From a phage: a stretch of 43,888 nucleotides of DNA. Position numbers and translations under genes: made by a program. The DNA lies in NCBI GenBank assembly GCA_031856995.1, contig GCA_031856995.1_4356.1. One strand, given 5' to 3'. The notes under the pieces are model-generated. The model did no database searches. It saw only the letters and a list, made by a program, of their open reading frames with translations, and was not told where the DNA came from. Shown here piece after piece: positions 35,790-43,888 of this stretch; positions within the stretch are counted from its first letter, which is position 1; each line of letters begins with the position of its first letter.

Positions 35790-35858
35790 AAAGAAACCCC
35801 AACGCAAGAACGTCGGGGCCAAAGCACAAATCATCAAAGTAAGCACAAGGATTATACA

Positions 35859-35987
35859 ATGACGAAGTTAATAGTTCCACAGCTGCGCCGACAGAAACAC
35901 GGCGCCGATTTCTTCGCGCCGGTAAAGATGAACCGCGCAATGCGCCGTATGCAGGAAGCCTTAGAACGTGCGGAGAAAAAGAAATGA
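35859..35987 (+). CDS. small basic protein (42 aa)
   Basis: MTKLIVPQLRRQKHGADFFAPVKMNRAMRRMQEALERAEKKK; stop overlaps ATG 35984. Confidence 0.35.
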   Translation: MTKLIVPQLRRQKHGADFFAPVKMNRAMRRMQEALERAEKKK

Positions 35988-38206
35988 ATATTGTTTTTGC
36001 AACGCTGCGTAACACATTCGATAAAAACCCTGTAGCGCGTGAAATGCCGCTGGAGCAGTTTGTCGAGTATGTCTGCGATACATCGAAGCGTTTATCCGTG
36101 GACCCGTCATGGACTAAGGAAGAGTACGACGCTGCCAAGATTAAACAGAAAGCTATTGCGCCTGTTGGTGGTCGCCGTAAAAACGCTATCCTGGAAGACA
36201 GTGTGGTTAAGTTCGATTTCGACCATCTCAACCGTACTCAGTACCGCGACCTGACACGCAAATTCAAGAACGCGCCGTTCTTCAATATTCTGCACACAAC
36301 GGCATCGCATCAGCACGCATGTAAAAACGGAGATTACGCTTTCCGCGTTCTGGTTCCAGCTCGCACGCCGTTTAACTCTAACGACGCGTGGATGGTGCAA
36401 CGTGCTATTTGTGCAGAGTTAGAAATAGACGAAGCGTTGCGCGACCACTGCACAGAAGACGGCAACCGCCTTATCTACCTGCCGCATAAAGAGTCGAAGA
36501 TAACGGTTACAGAAGGGCGTGTTATCCGTGCTGAGCGGTACATCAAGAAAGCCGAAGAGATGGGGTTGCGTAAGCGTGAGGCTAAAACACTTGCCGCTGA
36601 TGAGCATGGGCTTAACGCGGATATAGCACACTTCTGCGAAGCCGAGCTTGGCCTTGACGCTTTATCTTCCGGGCGCGGGTACGAAGTGCCATGCCCTAAC
36701 GAACATCTGCATACAGGCAAGGGCTCCACCAGCATAATGCTCGACGGTAAAGAAGTGCGCTTTGTCTGCCAGCATACAAACAACGGCGCTTGCACCGAGC
36801 TTAACCGTAGGCAGCATTTGGCCCTGCGTATGTGTGGCCTACCCGACGAGCTTAACATAGATAAGCAACCTATCAGCATTAACAGCATTCGTGCGGCTCT
36901 GCCTGATTTACCGGAAGAAGAGATTGAAGAACTACACCGCACAGAGAACGAGGACCCAGTAACTTGCAGCCTCGACGACCTGGAAGACGACGAGGACTCA
37001 GAGGAGGACGAGTTACCGGAGCCGGTAAAGGCTGATTTCGTCGTTGAGGGGTACATGCCGTCGGATTGTATCTGGGATATCGTCGGGGAATCTGGCACGT
37101 ACAAATCGTTCTATACGCTGGGGATGATGTACCTCAGCGCCGCCGGGTACAGGTTTGCGGGGGCGGATACCCAGCGTTGCCACCATTTCTATATTGATGG
37201 TGAGGGTGGCGCAGCTACACGCACCCGTATTGATGCACTAGCGGCTAAATATGGCGGGGAAGGTAAAGATTATGTACACGTCATCGATATGGGCGAAGTC
37301 GGCAAACTTAAAAGCCTGATTAAGTTAATGCGCGAAACTGCTGGCGACGAGCCAATTGGCATGGTTGCGTTCGACACCCTTAACCAGACCCTGGCACTGA
37401 CGATTGATAAGTTCGACGAGAACAGTTCATCAACAGCAATCGGCATGGGTAAAGTTATCGCCATTCTGAAAGAAGTACGCGATGCAACTAAAGCCGCAGT
37501 AGGCGTTGTCCACCATACGCCGAAGGGTGGAAAGAAAGCACGCGGCAGTGGGGCGCTGTATGCGGGTGTTGACGTGGAACTGACAATCGAACGTGCAACC
37601 GACCGTCAGATAAACGTATATCACTCGAAATTCAAGCACGGGCCTCAGCAGAAGACGGTTGGCATGGTGCTGGAGTCGGTACAGTTCCGTGAAGCGCCGC
37701 CGCCTAAAGAATACCGAGCGGTTGAGTTCCTGGGTAGCACAGAGGAATACGGCACAATCGTAAACCTGGACCTGCCTGAACCACACAAGGCGCTTGTGTT
37801 GATGCCGTGGGGTTTCGAGCCGTTCAAAACTGACGAGGAGAAAGAGCGGGAAGAAGGGTTGACGAAAGAAGGTAAGCAAAAAGTAAAGGAAGAAGTTAAA
37901 CGCGGCAGGGATGAAGTAAGGAAGGAGTCAATACTTTCGGCACTGGAAGACCTGCAACAGTCAGATGACACAGGTCGCGGTTTTACTCAGCAGCAGATAG
38001 TGGCTCGTTCCGGTGACTTCTCTGTGACTAACACCCATCTTGATAAAATGTTGAAAGATGGAGAACTAATGCTTGGTTGCGATGCTAACGGCGAAGTAGT
38101 ACCGAGAACATATCGTATACCCGAAAGAATAGGTGATAGATTAAGGCCGAAGACACTATACGAACCAAATGAGATGCTGGTGGTGACAGAGGAGGATTTG
38201 GAATAG
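35984..38206 (+). CDS. replication initiation primase/helicase-like protein (N-terminal Zn-binding primase-like region plus RecA-like ATPase)
   Basis: 740 aa; Walker A-like VGESGTYKSF, Walker B-like IGMVAFDTL, Cys/His cluster CPNEHLHTGKG...CQHTNNGAC, acidic linker. Confidence 0.6.
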   Translation: MNIVFATLRNTFDKNPVAREMPLEQFVEYVCDTSKRLSVDPSWTKEEYDAAKIKQKAIAPVGGRRKNAILEDSVVKFDFDHLNRTQYRDLTRKFKNAPFFNILHTTASHQHACKNGDYAFRVLVPARTPFNSNDAWMVQRAICAELEIDEALRDHCTEDGNRLIYLPHKESKITVTEGRVIRAERYIKKAEEMGLRKREAKTLAADEHGLNADIAHFCEAELGLDALSSGRGYEVPCPNEHLHTGKGSTSIMLDGKEVRFVCQHTNNGACTELNRRQHLALRMCGLPDELNIDKQPISINSIRAALPDLPEEEIEELHRTENEDPVTCSLDDLEDDEDSEEDELPEPVKADFVVEGYMPSDCIWDIVGESGTYKSFYTLGMMYLSAAGYRFAGADTQRCHHFYIDGEGGAATRTRIDALAAKYGGEGKDYVHVIDMGEVGKLKSLIKLMRETAGDEPIGMVAFDTLNQTLALTIDKFDENSSSTAIGMGKVIAILKEVRDATKAAVGVVHHTPKGGKKARGSGALYAGVDVELTIERATDRQINVYHSKFKHGPQQKTVGMVLESVQFREAPPPKEYRAVEFLGSTEEYGTIVNLDLPEPHKALVLMPWGFEPFKTDEEKEREEGLTKEGKQKVKEEVKRGRDEVRKESILSALEDLQQSDDTGRGFTQQQIVARSGDFSVTNTHLDKMLKDGELMLGCDANGEVVPRTYRIPERIGDRLRPKTLYEPNEMLVVTEEDLE

Positions 38207-38211
38207 GTAAA

Positions 38212-38235
38212 AAGAAAGGGGCGTTACGCCCCTTC
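38212..38235. terminator. Bidirectional terminator hairpin
   Basis: GGGGCGttaCGCCCC with A-rich 5' flank (T-run on - strand). Confidence 0.55.
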
Positions 38236-38439
38236 ACCTAGCGCCAGCCACTTGGCGTCTACTTCCAGCACTTCCGCCAGTTTAAACAGCGTTGCCGGGC
38301 GTACGTCCTGAGTTACCCCGAGTGCAAGCTGGTTAATCGCGCCCTGGGAAACGCCGGCCAGAACAGCCAGACGGCGCTGGGAGATACCGAGTTCTTTACG
38401 GCGTTGCTCTACACGGATGCCTAGTTCAGATGGTTGCAT
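38224..38439 (-). CDS. XRE-family (Cro/CI-like) HTH transcriptional regulator
   Basis: 71 aa; ISQRRLAVLAGVSQGAINQLALG classic HTH; AAGGAG RBS; divergent from + strand genes. Confidence 0.75.
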   Translation of the reverse strand: MQPSELGIRVEQRRKELGISQRRLAVLAGVSQGAINQLALGVTQDVRPATLFKLAEVLEVDAKWLALGEGA

Positions 38440-38454
38440 GTCAGTTACTCCTTA

Positions 38455-38490
38455 GTCAGTTGATATGTGAATAGTACCATATTAATTATT
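38455..38490 (-). promoter_or_regulatory. Promoter/operator element for the leftward HTH gene
   Basis: Palindromic core GAATAGTACCATATT; on - strand TACTATTCAC box matching -10 regions of the TTGCAC promoters. Confidence 0.45.
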
Positions 38491-38503
38491 TTAGAAAAGC
38501 CCA

Positions 38504-38532
38504 TTGACATGTGAATAGTTCGCTATTATAGT
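38504..38532 (+). promoter_or_regulatory. sigma70-like rightward promoter with palindromic core
   Basis: TTGACA-17 nt-TATAGT; core GAATAGTTCGCTATT. Confidence 0.6.
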
Positions 38533-38560
38533 TAGCCCATACCAAACGAGAGGGGCAGAT

Positions 38561-38788
38561 ATGAACACAATCACTGGGGCCATAGCTAAAGGTTTTCGAG
38601 CAATTTTCGGCGCTCCGCAAGAAGTGTGCACAAAACATAAATTTGTACTTTCTTGCGTAGTAGGGGATGAGTTTGATGGGTTCGATAAACTTGTTGTCTG
38701 TGACCATTGCGGGCAAGAAGCTATTCAACACTCAAACGGTAAATTTGAACTAATAGACGATAGCCTTACTGAAGGCGACGGTGAGTAA
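38561..38788 (+). CDS. hypothetical protein with CxxC
   Basis: 75 aa; GAGAGGGG RBS; CDHCGQE motif. Confidence 0.5.
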   Translation: MNTITGAIAKGFRAIFGAPQEVCTKHKFVLSCVVGDEFDGFDKLVVCDHCGQEAIQHSNGKFELIDDSLTEGDGE

Positions 38789-38812
38789 CTTACACAAACA
38801 GGAGAGAAACAA

Positions 38813-39313
38813 ATGTTAGAGAAATTCTTAGTATTGCTGGAACGTTTCGTAGTTGCACATGAACTGATTGCCGCGAACAGTGCGAAACAAGTTGTTCAGG
38901 TTGCCACGCCGCTGGAAGTAGAGACGGTATCGTACACCAAAGAAGCGGTAGCTGAGTGCGCTGAAGAAGCAACAAAAGAAATCCCGGTTGAAGGTGAAGA
39001 CGTAGTTGACACTAAACCGGCGGAGGAAGAGAAGCCAAAACGCAAGCCGCGTAAAGCTAAAGTAGAGGAACCTGCGCCAGAACCGGAAGAAGAGAAAGAA
39101 GAAGTCGATTACAAGTCTCTGCGTGACCAGATTCAGGCCATCGACGATGCAATTAATGAAGGTCCTAGCGATGCCGCGTGCGACGATTCTGATGAACTGC
39201 TGGAAGAGTTCACTGGTAAGAAAATGAAGATTGCAGCGATTAAAGACGAAGACCTGGCTGAATACCTGGAACGCTTGACAGCAATCAAGAACAAGTATTT
39301 CGAAGAAGAATAA
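38813..39313 (+). CDS. hypothetical acidic protein
   Basis: 166 aa, Glu/Lys-rich; followed by terminator. Confidence 0.5.
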   Translation: MLEKFLVLLERFVVAHELIAANSAKQVVQVATPLEVETVSYTKEAVAECAEEATKEIPVEGEDVVDTKPAEEEKPKRKPRKAKVEEPAPEPEEEKEEVDYKSLRDQIQAIDDAINEGPSDAACDDSDELLEEFTGKKMKIAAIKDEDLAEYLERLTAIKNKYFEEE

Positions 39314-39320
39314 TTATCTG

Positions 39321-39340
39321 GCGGCCTTCGGGCCGCTTTA
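39321..39340 (+). terminator. Rho-independent terminator
   Basis: GCGGCCttcgGGCCGC followed by TTTA. Confidence 0.6.
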
Positions 39341-39356
39341 ACTGAGGGTCGTAATA

Positions 39357-39572
39357 ATGAGTAACGTATACAAAGTAATAAACGAACAAATAGTTGTAGA
39401 AATAAGTGACTCATATGTGGGTTGTCAGCAATTCTTTGTTTTGAATGGTGCGTGGCGCGGGACTCTTGACTATGCCGCTGGCGAATATTGGGCGGACATG
39501 TACCCAACCGATAAAACGGCGGTACATACAATTCGTCCCGCCGTTAAAGGTGAATTTGCGCCGTACTACTGA
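39357..39572 (+). CDS. hypothetical protein
   Basis: 71 aa ORF preceded by conserved ACTGAGGGTCG initiation motif. Confidence 0.5.
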   Translation: MSNVYKVINEQIVVEISDSYVGCQQFFVLNGAWRGTLDYAAGEYWADMYPTDKTAVHTIRPAVKGEFAPYY

Positions 39573-39583
39573 GGGTCGGAATT

Positions 39584-39787
39584 ATGGCTATTTTAGCTAA
39601 GAAAAGTGGTCTTATGATTTCTGGCAGCGTTGTCGCTGAAAATGATTTGGTTTACGTATTTCAGGCGGTAGACAACAAACACCCTACGACGGTCAAGAAG
39701 GCCAGCAAAGTTGAGAAGGTTTTCGACGGCGATTTTTCTATTGACGATGTTTTCACGTGGATTAATTCTGCGAGGGTAAGGAAATGA
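39584..39787 (+). CDS. hypothetical protein
   Basis: 67 aa ORF preceded by ACTGAGGGTCG motif. Confidence 0.5.
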   Translation: MAILAKKSGLMISGSVVAENDLVYVFQAVDNKHPTTVKKASKVEKVFDGDFSIDDVFTWINSARVRK

Positions 39788-40056
39788 TTTACCAACTCTA
39801 CCGCGCCGTCGACAGGCGGGACAACACAGAGGCACTATGGCTGTTGCGTGCGCCGTCCGGAGCGCACCAGATGGAAGAGATGGCTTACTTAGGCAAAGTA
39901 CCGCGGCCTAAAGATATAGGCCGTCACGTGTCACAGATTAAGCGCACGACATTCGCCAAGCCAGACTTTTATGTCTTTGAGTCGATGTATGGGTGGGCTA
40001 TGCACTGCGAACATAAGACGCGACATTTAATCGACCAGTGGGAGAGCAGGGTATGA
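39784..40056 (+). CDS. hypothetical protein
   Basis: 90 aa ORF, ATGA coupled. Confidence 0.5.
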   Translation: MIYQLYRAVDRRDNTEALWLLRAPSGAHQMEEMAYLGKVPRPKDIGRHVSQIKRTTFAKPDFYVFESMYGWAMHCEHKTRHLIDQWESRV

Positions 40057-40202
40057 CAAGGTACGCGATAATTGTAGAAATAGACGGTAAAGACCAGGAA
40101 CACAGCCGCTACGCACGTTTGGACGAAGCCCAGTACATCTTCTACACATTCGGCTTCGCACGCAGTTTCACTAATGCGCGTATTGTGGAGATTGCAGAAT
40201 GA
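40053..40202 (+). CDS. small hypothetical protein (49 aa)
   Basis: ATGA coupling at both ends; MTRYAIIVEIDGKDQEHSRY... Confidence 0.35.
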   Translation: MTRYAIIVEIDGKDQEHSRYARLDEAQYIFYTFGFARSFTNARIVEIAE

Positions 40203-40357
40203 CGAACCGTAAAGCGCGACTTCTCTTTATTAAATGTCACCAGCCTTTTCGAGTAAGCAACTCGACTTGGCTGATTATATTCAACCGTAGCGGTGACACG
40301 TGCGCCTACAAGCGCAAAACGCGTAAAGTTAAATGGGGTGGGAGTTTAAGAGCATGA
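40199..40357 (+). CDS. small basic protein (52 aa)
   Basis: ATGA coupling at both ends; MTNRKARLLFIKCHQPF... Confidence 0.35.
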   Translation: MTNRKARLLFIKCHQPFRVSNSTWLIIFNRSGDTCAYKRKTRKVKWGGSLRA

Positions 40358-41595
40358 AACTAAAAGAACGAGGCGGCAATAATGATGTACACGCCTTACT
40401 GTCACCGTCAGGCGCTAAAAAGTGGCTGTCATGCGCTGCGTCGCTGGCGTGTGAAAAAGATATCCCTAACACGTCGGGTAAAGCCGCTGTATCAGGAACC
40501 GCCATGCACACCATAGCTGAGGTCCATCTCAACGCCTATATACGCGGCACTGCGTTGCCGTTGGAGCGTGAAGTCGGCGCTTACGTGCTGGACGAGGGTA
40601 AAGGCCAGATTAAGGCGCTAATTAGCCAGATGAAAGGCGCGGTACTGATTACGGCTGACATGATTGAGCAGGTGCGCAAGTACACCGACTACTGCAAAGC
40701 GATTATCGACGTAGCGACTTACGCCAAGCTGGAAATGCGGGTAAATCTTACTGAGGTATTGCATCCGGGTTACGAAGGCGTTGAGACGTTCGGAACCGCT
40801 GACCTTGTTGCCGTTCAGGAACTGGCGAACACTGACGAGCATATGCTCATTATCGGCGACCTGAAAACAGGACGGCATCATGTCGAAGCGAAAGAAAACA
40901 AGCAGCTTATGCTCTACGCTCTCGGTGTTTACCGCCGACTCAAGAGACGTTATAACATATCAGTAGTGCGCCTGGTCATCTTCCAGCCGTACGCCGGGGG
41001 CGCGTCGGAGTGGGACATCTCGGTTGAAGGTCTGGAACTGTTCGCTAAGTTCGCACAGAAACGCGCACTGTTAGCCCTTGATGCGTATTTCCGAGGCAAG
41101 AAGAACCTGAAAGCGTCGGACTTTAAGCCGTCTGTCGACGGTTGTCAGTGGTGTCGGTTCTCTGAACAGTGCGCAGCGCGTACAAAGACGGTTAATTCTG
41201 TACTTGCCGAAGAACTGGAGGACGACTTTGCGCTGGAACTTACGCCGGAGCAACTCGTAGCTGAATATGAGAAGTTGCCGTTGTTGCGCCAGCACATCGA
41301 TAAGGTCGAAAAAGCTATGGCTGCTGCGTTGCATTCCGGTAAGAAAGTGCCAGGGTACAAGCTGGTGGAAGGTCGCCCAGGTAATCGTGCGTGGAAAGAC
41401 GCAGAGAAAGTAGCAGAACTCTACGGCGACAAGCTGACTAAAGAAGTGCTCCTGACGCCGACCGAAGCGGTTAAAGTAATACCAGAAGAAGAACTGAAAG
41501 ACTTCATCACACGTAAGCCGGGGGCGCCATGCGTCACAACAGCGGACGACAAACGTCCTGAGTGGAATAAGGTTAGTGAAGAAGATTTAGAATAA
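40354..41595 (+). CDS. PD-(D/E)xK exonuclease, Cas4/RecB-like with probable Fe-S cysteines
   Basis: GTADLV, IGDLKTG (D..K), QLMLYALG, and cysteines LSCAASLAC near N-terminus plus CQWCRFSEQC near C-terminus; ATG 40354 after GGGAG (track ORF starts 40333). Confidence 0.7.
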   Translation: MKLKERGGNNDVHALLSPSGAKKWLSCAASLACEKDIPNTSGKAAVSGTAMHTIAEVHLNAYIRGTALPLEREVGAYVLDEGKGQIKALISQMKGAVLITADMIEQVRKYTDYCKAIIDVATYAKLEMRVNLTEVLHPGYEGVETFGTADLVAVQELANTDEHMLIIGDLKTGRHHVEAKENKQLMLYALGVYRRLKRRYNISVVRLVIFQPYAGGASEWDISVEGLELFAKFAQKRALLALDAYFRGKKNLKASDFKPSVDGCQWCRFSEQCAARTKTVNSVLAEELEDDFALELTPEQLVAEYEKLPLLRQHIDKVEKAMAAALHSGKKVPGYKLVEGRPGNRAWKDAEKVAELYGDKLTKEVLLTPTEAVKVIPEEELKDFITRKPGAPCVTTADDKRPEWNKVSEEDLE

Positions 41596-41599
41596 AGTG

Positions 41600-41628
41600 T
41601 TGACATCTGAATAGTTAGCTATTATAGT
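41600..41628 (+). promoter_or_regulatory. sigma70-like promoter with palindromic core
   Basis: TTGACA-17 nt-TATAGT; core GAATAGTTAGCTATT. Confidence 0.6.
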
Positions 41629-41682
41629 TCTAATCACTGGCCGGGCAGCTTCCCGGAGTAATCTTAAAAGCGAGAAATCAAG

Positions 41683-42309
41683 ATGGGCATTAAACTGAAT
41701 CTGCGTAAAGTAAACACTGCATGGGTTAACGTATTCGAACGCGAAAAAGACCGTGAAAACGACGACGGCTCAATCACTAAAGGCCAGTACAGCGCAACTA
41801 TCATCCTGCCGACTGACCATGCTCAAATCGATGCGCTGTACGACACTGTTTACGCTGTAGTTGAAGAAGCATTAGGTGCAGCTGCTGCCGAGAAGTGGAT
41901 GAAGTCAAACTACGGCGAAGGCAAGCATATGGATAAATGCGCTATTAAAGACATTGCTGAGCGCGACAATCCGTTTGAAGACTTCCCGGAAGGCTTCTAC
42001 TTCAAAGCGAAAGCACAGAAACAGCCGCTGATTGTAACCTCTAAAAAAGGTGAGACTCAGGTGGAGCAGGACTTCAACGTAGACGGTGAACAGATTGAAG
42101 GTGAACAGGTTTACAGCGGCTGCGTCGCTAACGTAAGCGTCGAAATCTGGTTCAGCCAGAAATATAAAGTACTCGGCGTTAACCTGCTGGCGATTAAATA
42201 CGTCGGAGAAGGTAAAGCGTTTGGAGGCTCTAAAGTTGCTGCAAGCGTCGACGACCTGGAAGACGACGAAGAAGATGAAGCACCGCGCCGCGAACGTCGC
42301 CGCCGTTAA
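41683..42309 (+). CDS. putative ssDNA-binding protein (acidic C-terminal tail)
   Basis: 208 aa between exonuclease and polymerase; C-terminus VDDLEDDEEDEAP...; own promoter and terminator. Confidence 0.5.
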   Translation: MGIKLNLRKVNTAWVNVFEREKDRENDDGSITKGQYSATIILPTDHAQIDALYDTVYAVVEEALGAAAAEKWMKSNYGEGKHMDKCAIKDIAERDNPFEDFPEGFYFKAKAQKQPLIVTSKKGETQVEQDFNVDGEQIEGEQVYSGCVANVSVEIWFSQKYKVLGVNLLAIKYVGEGKAFGGSKVAASVDDLEDDEEDEAPRRERRRR

Positions 42310-42329
42310 TATCTGAATCAATTTAACTA

Positions 42330-42351
42330 AGGCCCTTCATTGGGCCTTTTT
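42330..42351 (+). terminator. Rho-independent terminator
   Basis: GGCCCttcattGGGCC followed by TTTTT. Confidence 0.7.
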
Positions 42352-42368
42352 ACTAAGGGTCGAAAATA

Positions 42369-43888
42369 ATGAGTTACCTGTTCTTAGACTTTGAAACATT
42401 CTCCGAAGCCGATTTGAAGAAAGTCGGTTCCTACGCTTACGCCGAACATCCAACTACCGAAGTGCTAATCTGTACATATGCTTTTAACGACCAGCCTGTA
42501 CAGGTATGGGATTGCACCGACGGCAGCGATATGCCGGGCGATTTGTATCGCGCGTTACGCCGCCTGGTTAAGCCGAACAGCCGCGTTAAGATGGTGTGGC
42601 ACAACGGCTCAATGTTCGATAGGCTCGTCATGAAACACTGCTGGGGTTTTGACATTCCGGTAAGCAACACCATTGATACGATGATTTGGGCGTTTCGTCA
42701 CGCGCTGCCGGGTTCGCTCGATGCGCTGTGCGAAGTGCTGGGCGTGTCCGCCAACAACGCGAAAGACAAACGCGGCAAGGCGCTGATTCAGCGTTTCTCT
42801 AAACCGACGCCGAAGAACTACAAAATCCGCCGCTACACCGCTGAAACACATCCCGATGAGTGGGCGCTGTTCATCAAGTATGCCGTTAGCGACATTACTG
42901 CGATGCGTGAAGTCTTCCATAAGCTGCCGCGGTGGGGTAACTCGGAGTTCGAAGACCGTGTACTGGAACTTGACCAGTTAATCAACGACCGCGGATTTAA
43001 GGTTGACGTCGCACTGGCGGAAGCCGCGATTGAAGCCGTAGAGAAGCACAAGGCACAGTTACAGGAAGAAGCTCAACGTAAATACGGCGGCTCGCTTACC
43101 GGTAAAGACTTCCTTCCGATTCTGCGTGAACTTGCGCCCGCGCACCACATACACAATGCACAGAAGTCGACGCTTAACGACCTGTTGGCAGATGATGATT
43201 TACCGGACGACGCCCGGATGATTATCGAAATGCGCCTCGGGGCCGCGTCAACAGCGTCCACGAAATATAACCCGCTGCTGTTAGGCCGCTCGTCGGACGA
43301 CCGACGCCGCGGTTGTATCCAGTACGGTGGGGCAAAGCGTACTCTGCGATGGGCCGGTAAAGGCTTCCAGCCGCAGAACCTGGCACGCGGTTACTATCAC
43401 GATGATGAGCTGGATAAAGGCATTTCGGCGTTACTTAAGGGTCGCGCCCATCGCCGTTTCGATGTGGCCAAGCTAACGGCATCGACCGTTCGTAGCTGCA
43501 TCATACCGGAAGCAGGGCATAAGTTTGTCGTTGCCGATTACTCTAACGTCGAGGGCCGCGGTCTTGCGTGGCTGGCGGGTGAAGACGATTTAATCGAAGT
43601 ATTTGTAAACGGGGTTGATGTGTATAAGAAACTCGCATCAACGGTGTTCAATGTTGCATATGAAGCCGTAACAAAGGACCAAAGACAAATAGCCAAAGCA
43701 ATGGTTCTGGGACTCGGCTACGCGGGGGGCGTCGGTGCTTTCGTCACGTTTGCTAAAAACTTAGGTCTTGATTTGAATGACATGACTAACACTTTAGACG
43801 GTACATTCCCGGACCATATTTGGGCCGCTACCGCACGCGGATACGAATGGGCGCGTATTCAGGAAGCCAAGCGACCACCACGTCCTGG
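42369..43888 (+). CDS. DNA polymerase, family A, N-terminal part with 3'-5' exonuclease motif (ORF runs off window end and continues at 1..729)
   Basis: ATG 42369 after TAAGGGTCG; MSYLFLDFETFS contains Exo I-type D-x-E; no stop before 43888; in frame with ORF at base 1. Confidence 0.85.
   Translation, partial: MSYLFLDFETFSEADLKKVGSYAYAEHPTTEVLICTYAFNDQPVQVWDCTDGSDMPGDLYRALRRLVKPNSRVKMVWHNGSMFDRLVMKHCWGFDIPVSNTIDTMIWAFRHALPGSLDALCEVLGVSANNAKDKRGKALIQRFSKPTPKNYKIRRYTAETHPDEWALFIKYAVSDITAMREVFHKLPRWGNSEFEDRVLELDQLINDRGFKVDVALAEAAIEAVEKHKAQLQEEAQRKYGGSLTGKDFLPILRELAPAHHIHNAQKSTLNDLLADDDLPDDARMIIEMRLGAASTASTKYNPLLLGRSSDDRRRGCIQYGGAKRTLRWAGKGFQPQNLARGYYHDDELDKGISALLKGRAHRRFDVAKLTASTVRSCIIPEAGHKFVVADYSNVEGRGLAWLAGEDDLIEVFVNGVDVYKKLASTVFNVAYEAVTKDQRQIAKAMVLGLGYAGGVGAFVTFAKNLGLDLNDMTNTLDGTFPDHIWAATARGYEWARIQEAKRPPRP
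43812..43888. repeat. 77-bp terminal direct duplication of bases 1..77 (assembly overlap / circular permutation)
   Basis: Exact identity between 1-77 and 43812-43888 by direct comparison. Confidence 0.95.

Noticed and set aside
36475-37971. - strand ORFs (36475..37104, 37430..37879, 37645..37971) inside the primase/helicase gene
   Set aside because: Antisense to a long + strand gene with clear ATPase motifs; Ser/Arg-rich low-complexity translations.
1-43888. CRISPR arrays, tRNA genes, integrase or attachment sites
   Set aside because: No regularly spaced direct repeats, no tRNA T-loop/acceptor patterns found by eye in intergenic regions, and no tyrosine/serine recombinase-like ORF; absence by inspection only, not by dedicated tools.

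Overview
The window is a complete, circularly permuted genome of a tailed dsDNA phage (unit length about 43.8 kb; bases 1-77 repeat at 43812-43888, and a family-A DNA polymerase ORF runs off the 3' end and continues at base 1). Tape-measure, major tail and tailspike genes indicate a siphovirus; the overall architecture resembles Guernseyvirinae-type (Jersey/K1G-like) phages, but that is a tentative guess I cannot confirm without a search. The genome has two arms. The + strand arm (35320 through the window end, wrapping to 4428) carries early regulators and replication genes: HTH proteins, a primase/helicase-like ATPase, a Cas4-like PD-(D/E)xK exonuclease, a putative SSB, PolA, an HNH endonuclease, a VRR-NUC nuclease, an SNF2-like helicase and a Toprim primase. 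The - strand arm (34838 down to 4458) carries small early genes, holin/endolysin, terminase, portal, head, tail and tailspike genes. Most genes are translationally coupled by ATGA-type overlaps. I saw no integrase or CI-like repressor, no tRNA and no CRISPR array, so the phage looks virulent. The most unusual content is a 2.2 kb opposite-strand island inside the tail module (14408-16640) encoding an HTH-fused calcineurin-like metallophosphoesterase and an HNH-AP2 endonuclease; secondary points are a recurring palindrome-containing promoter element, a divergent Cro-like switch, an Rz/Rz1 spanin pair displaced from the lysis cassette, and a structured origin-like region. All calls are from reading the sequence and ORF translations; no database search was possible, and coordinates of short motifs may be off by 1-2 nt.
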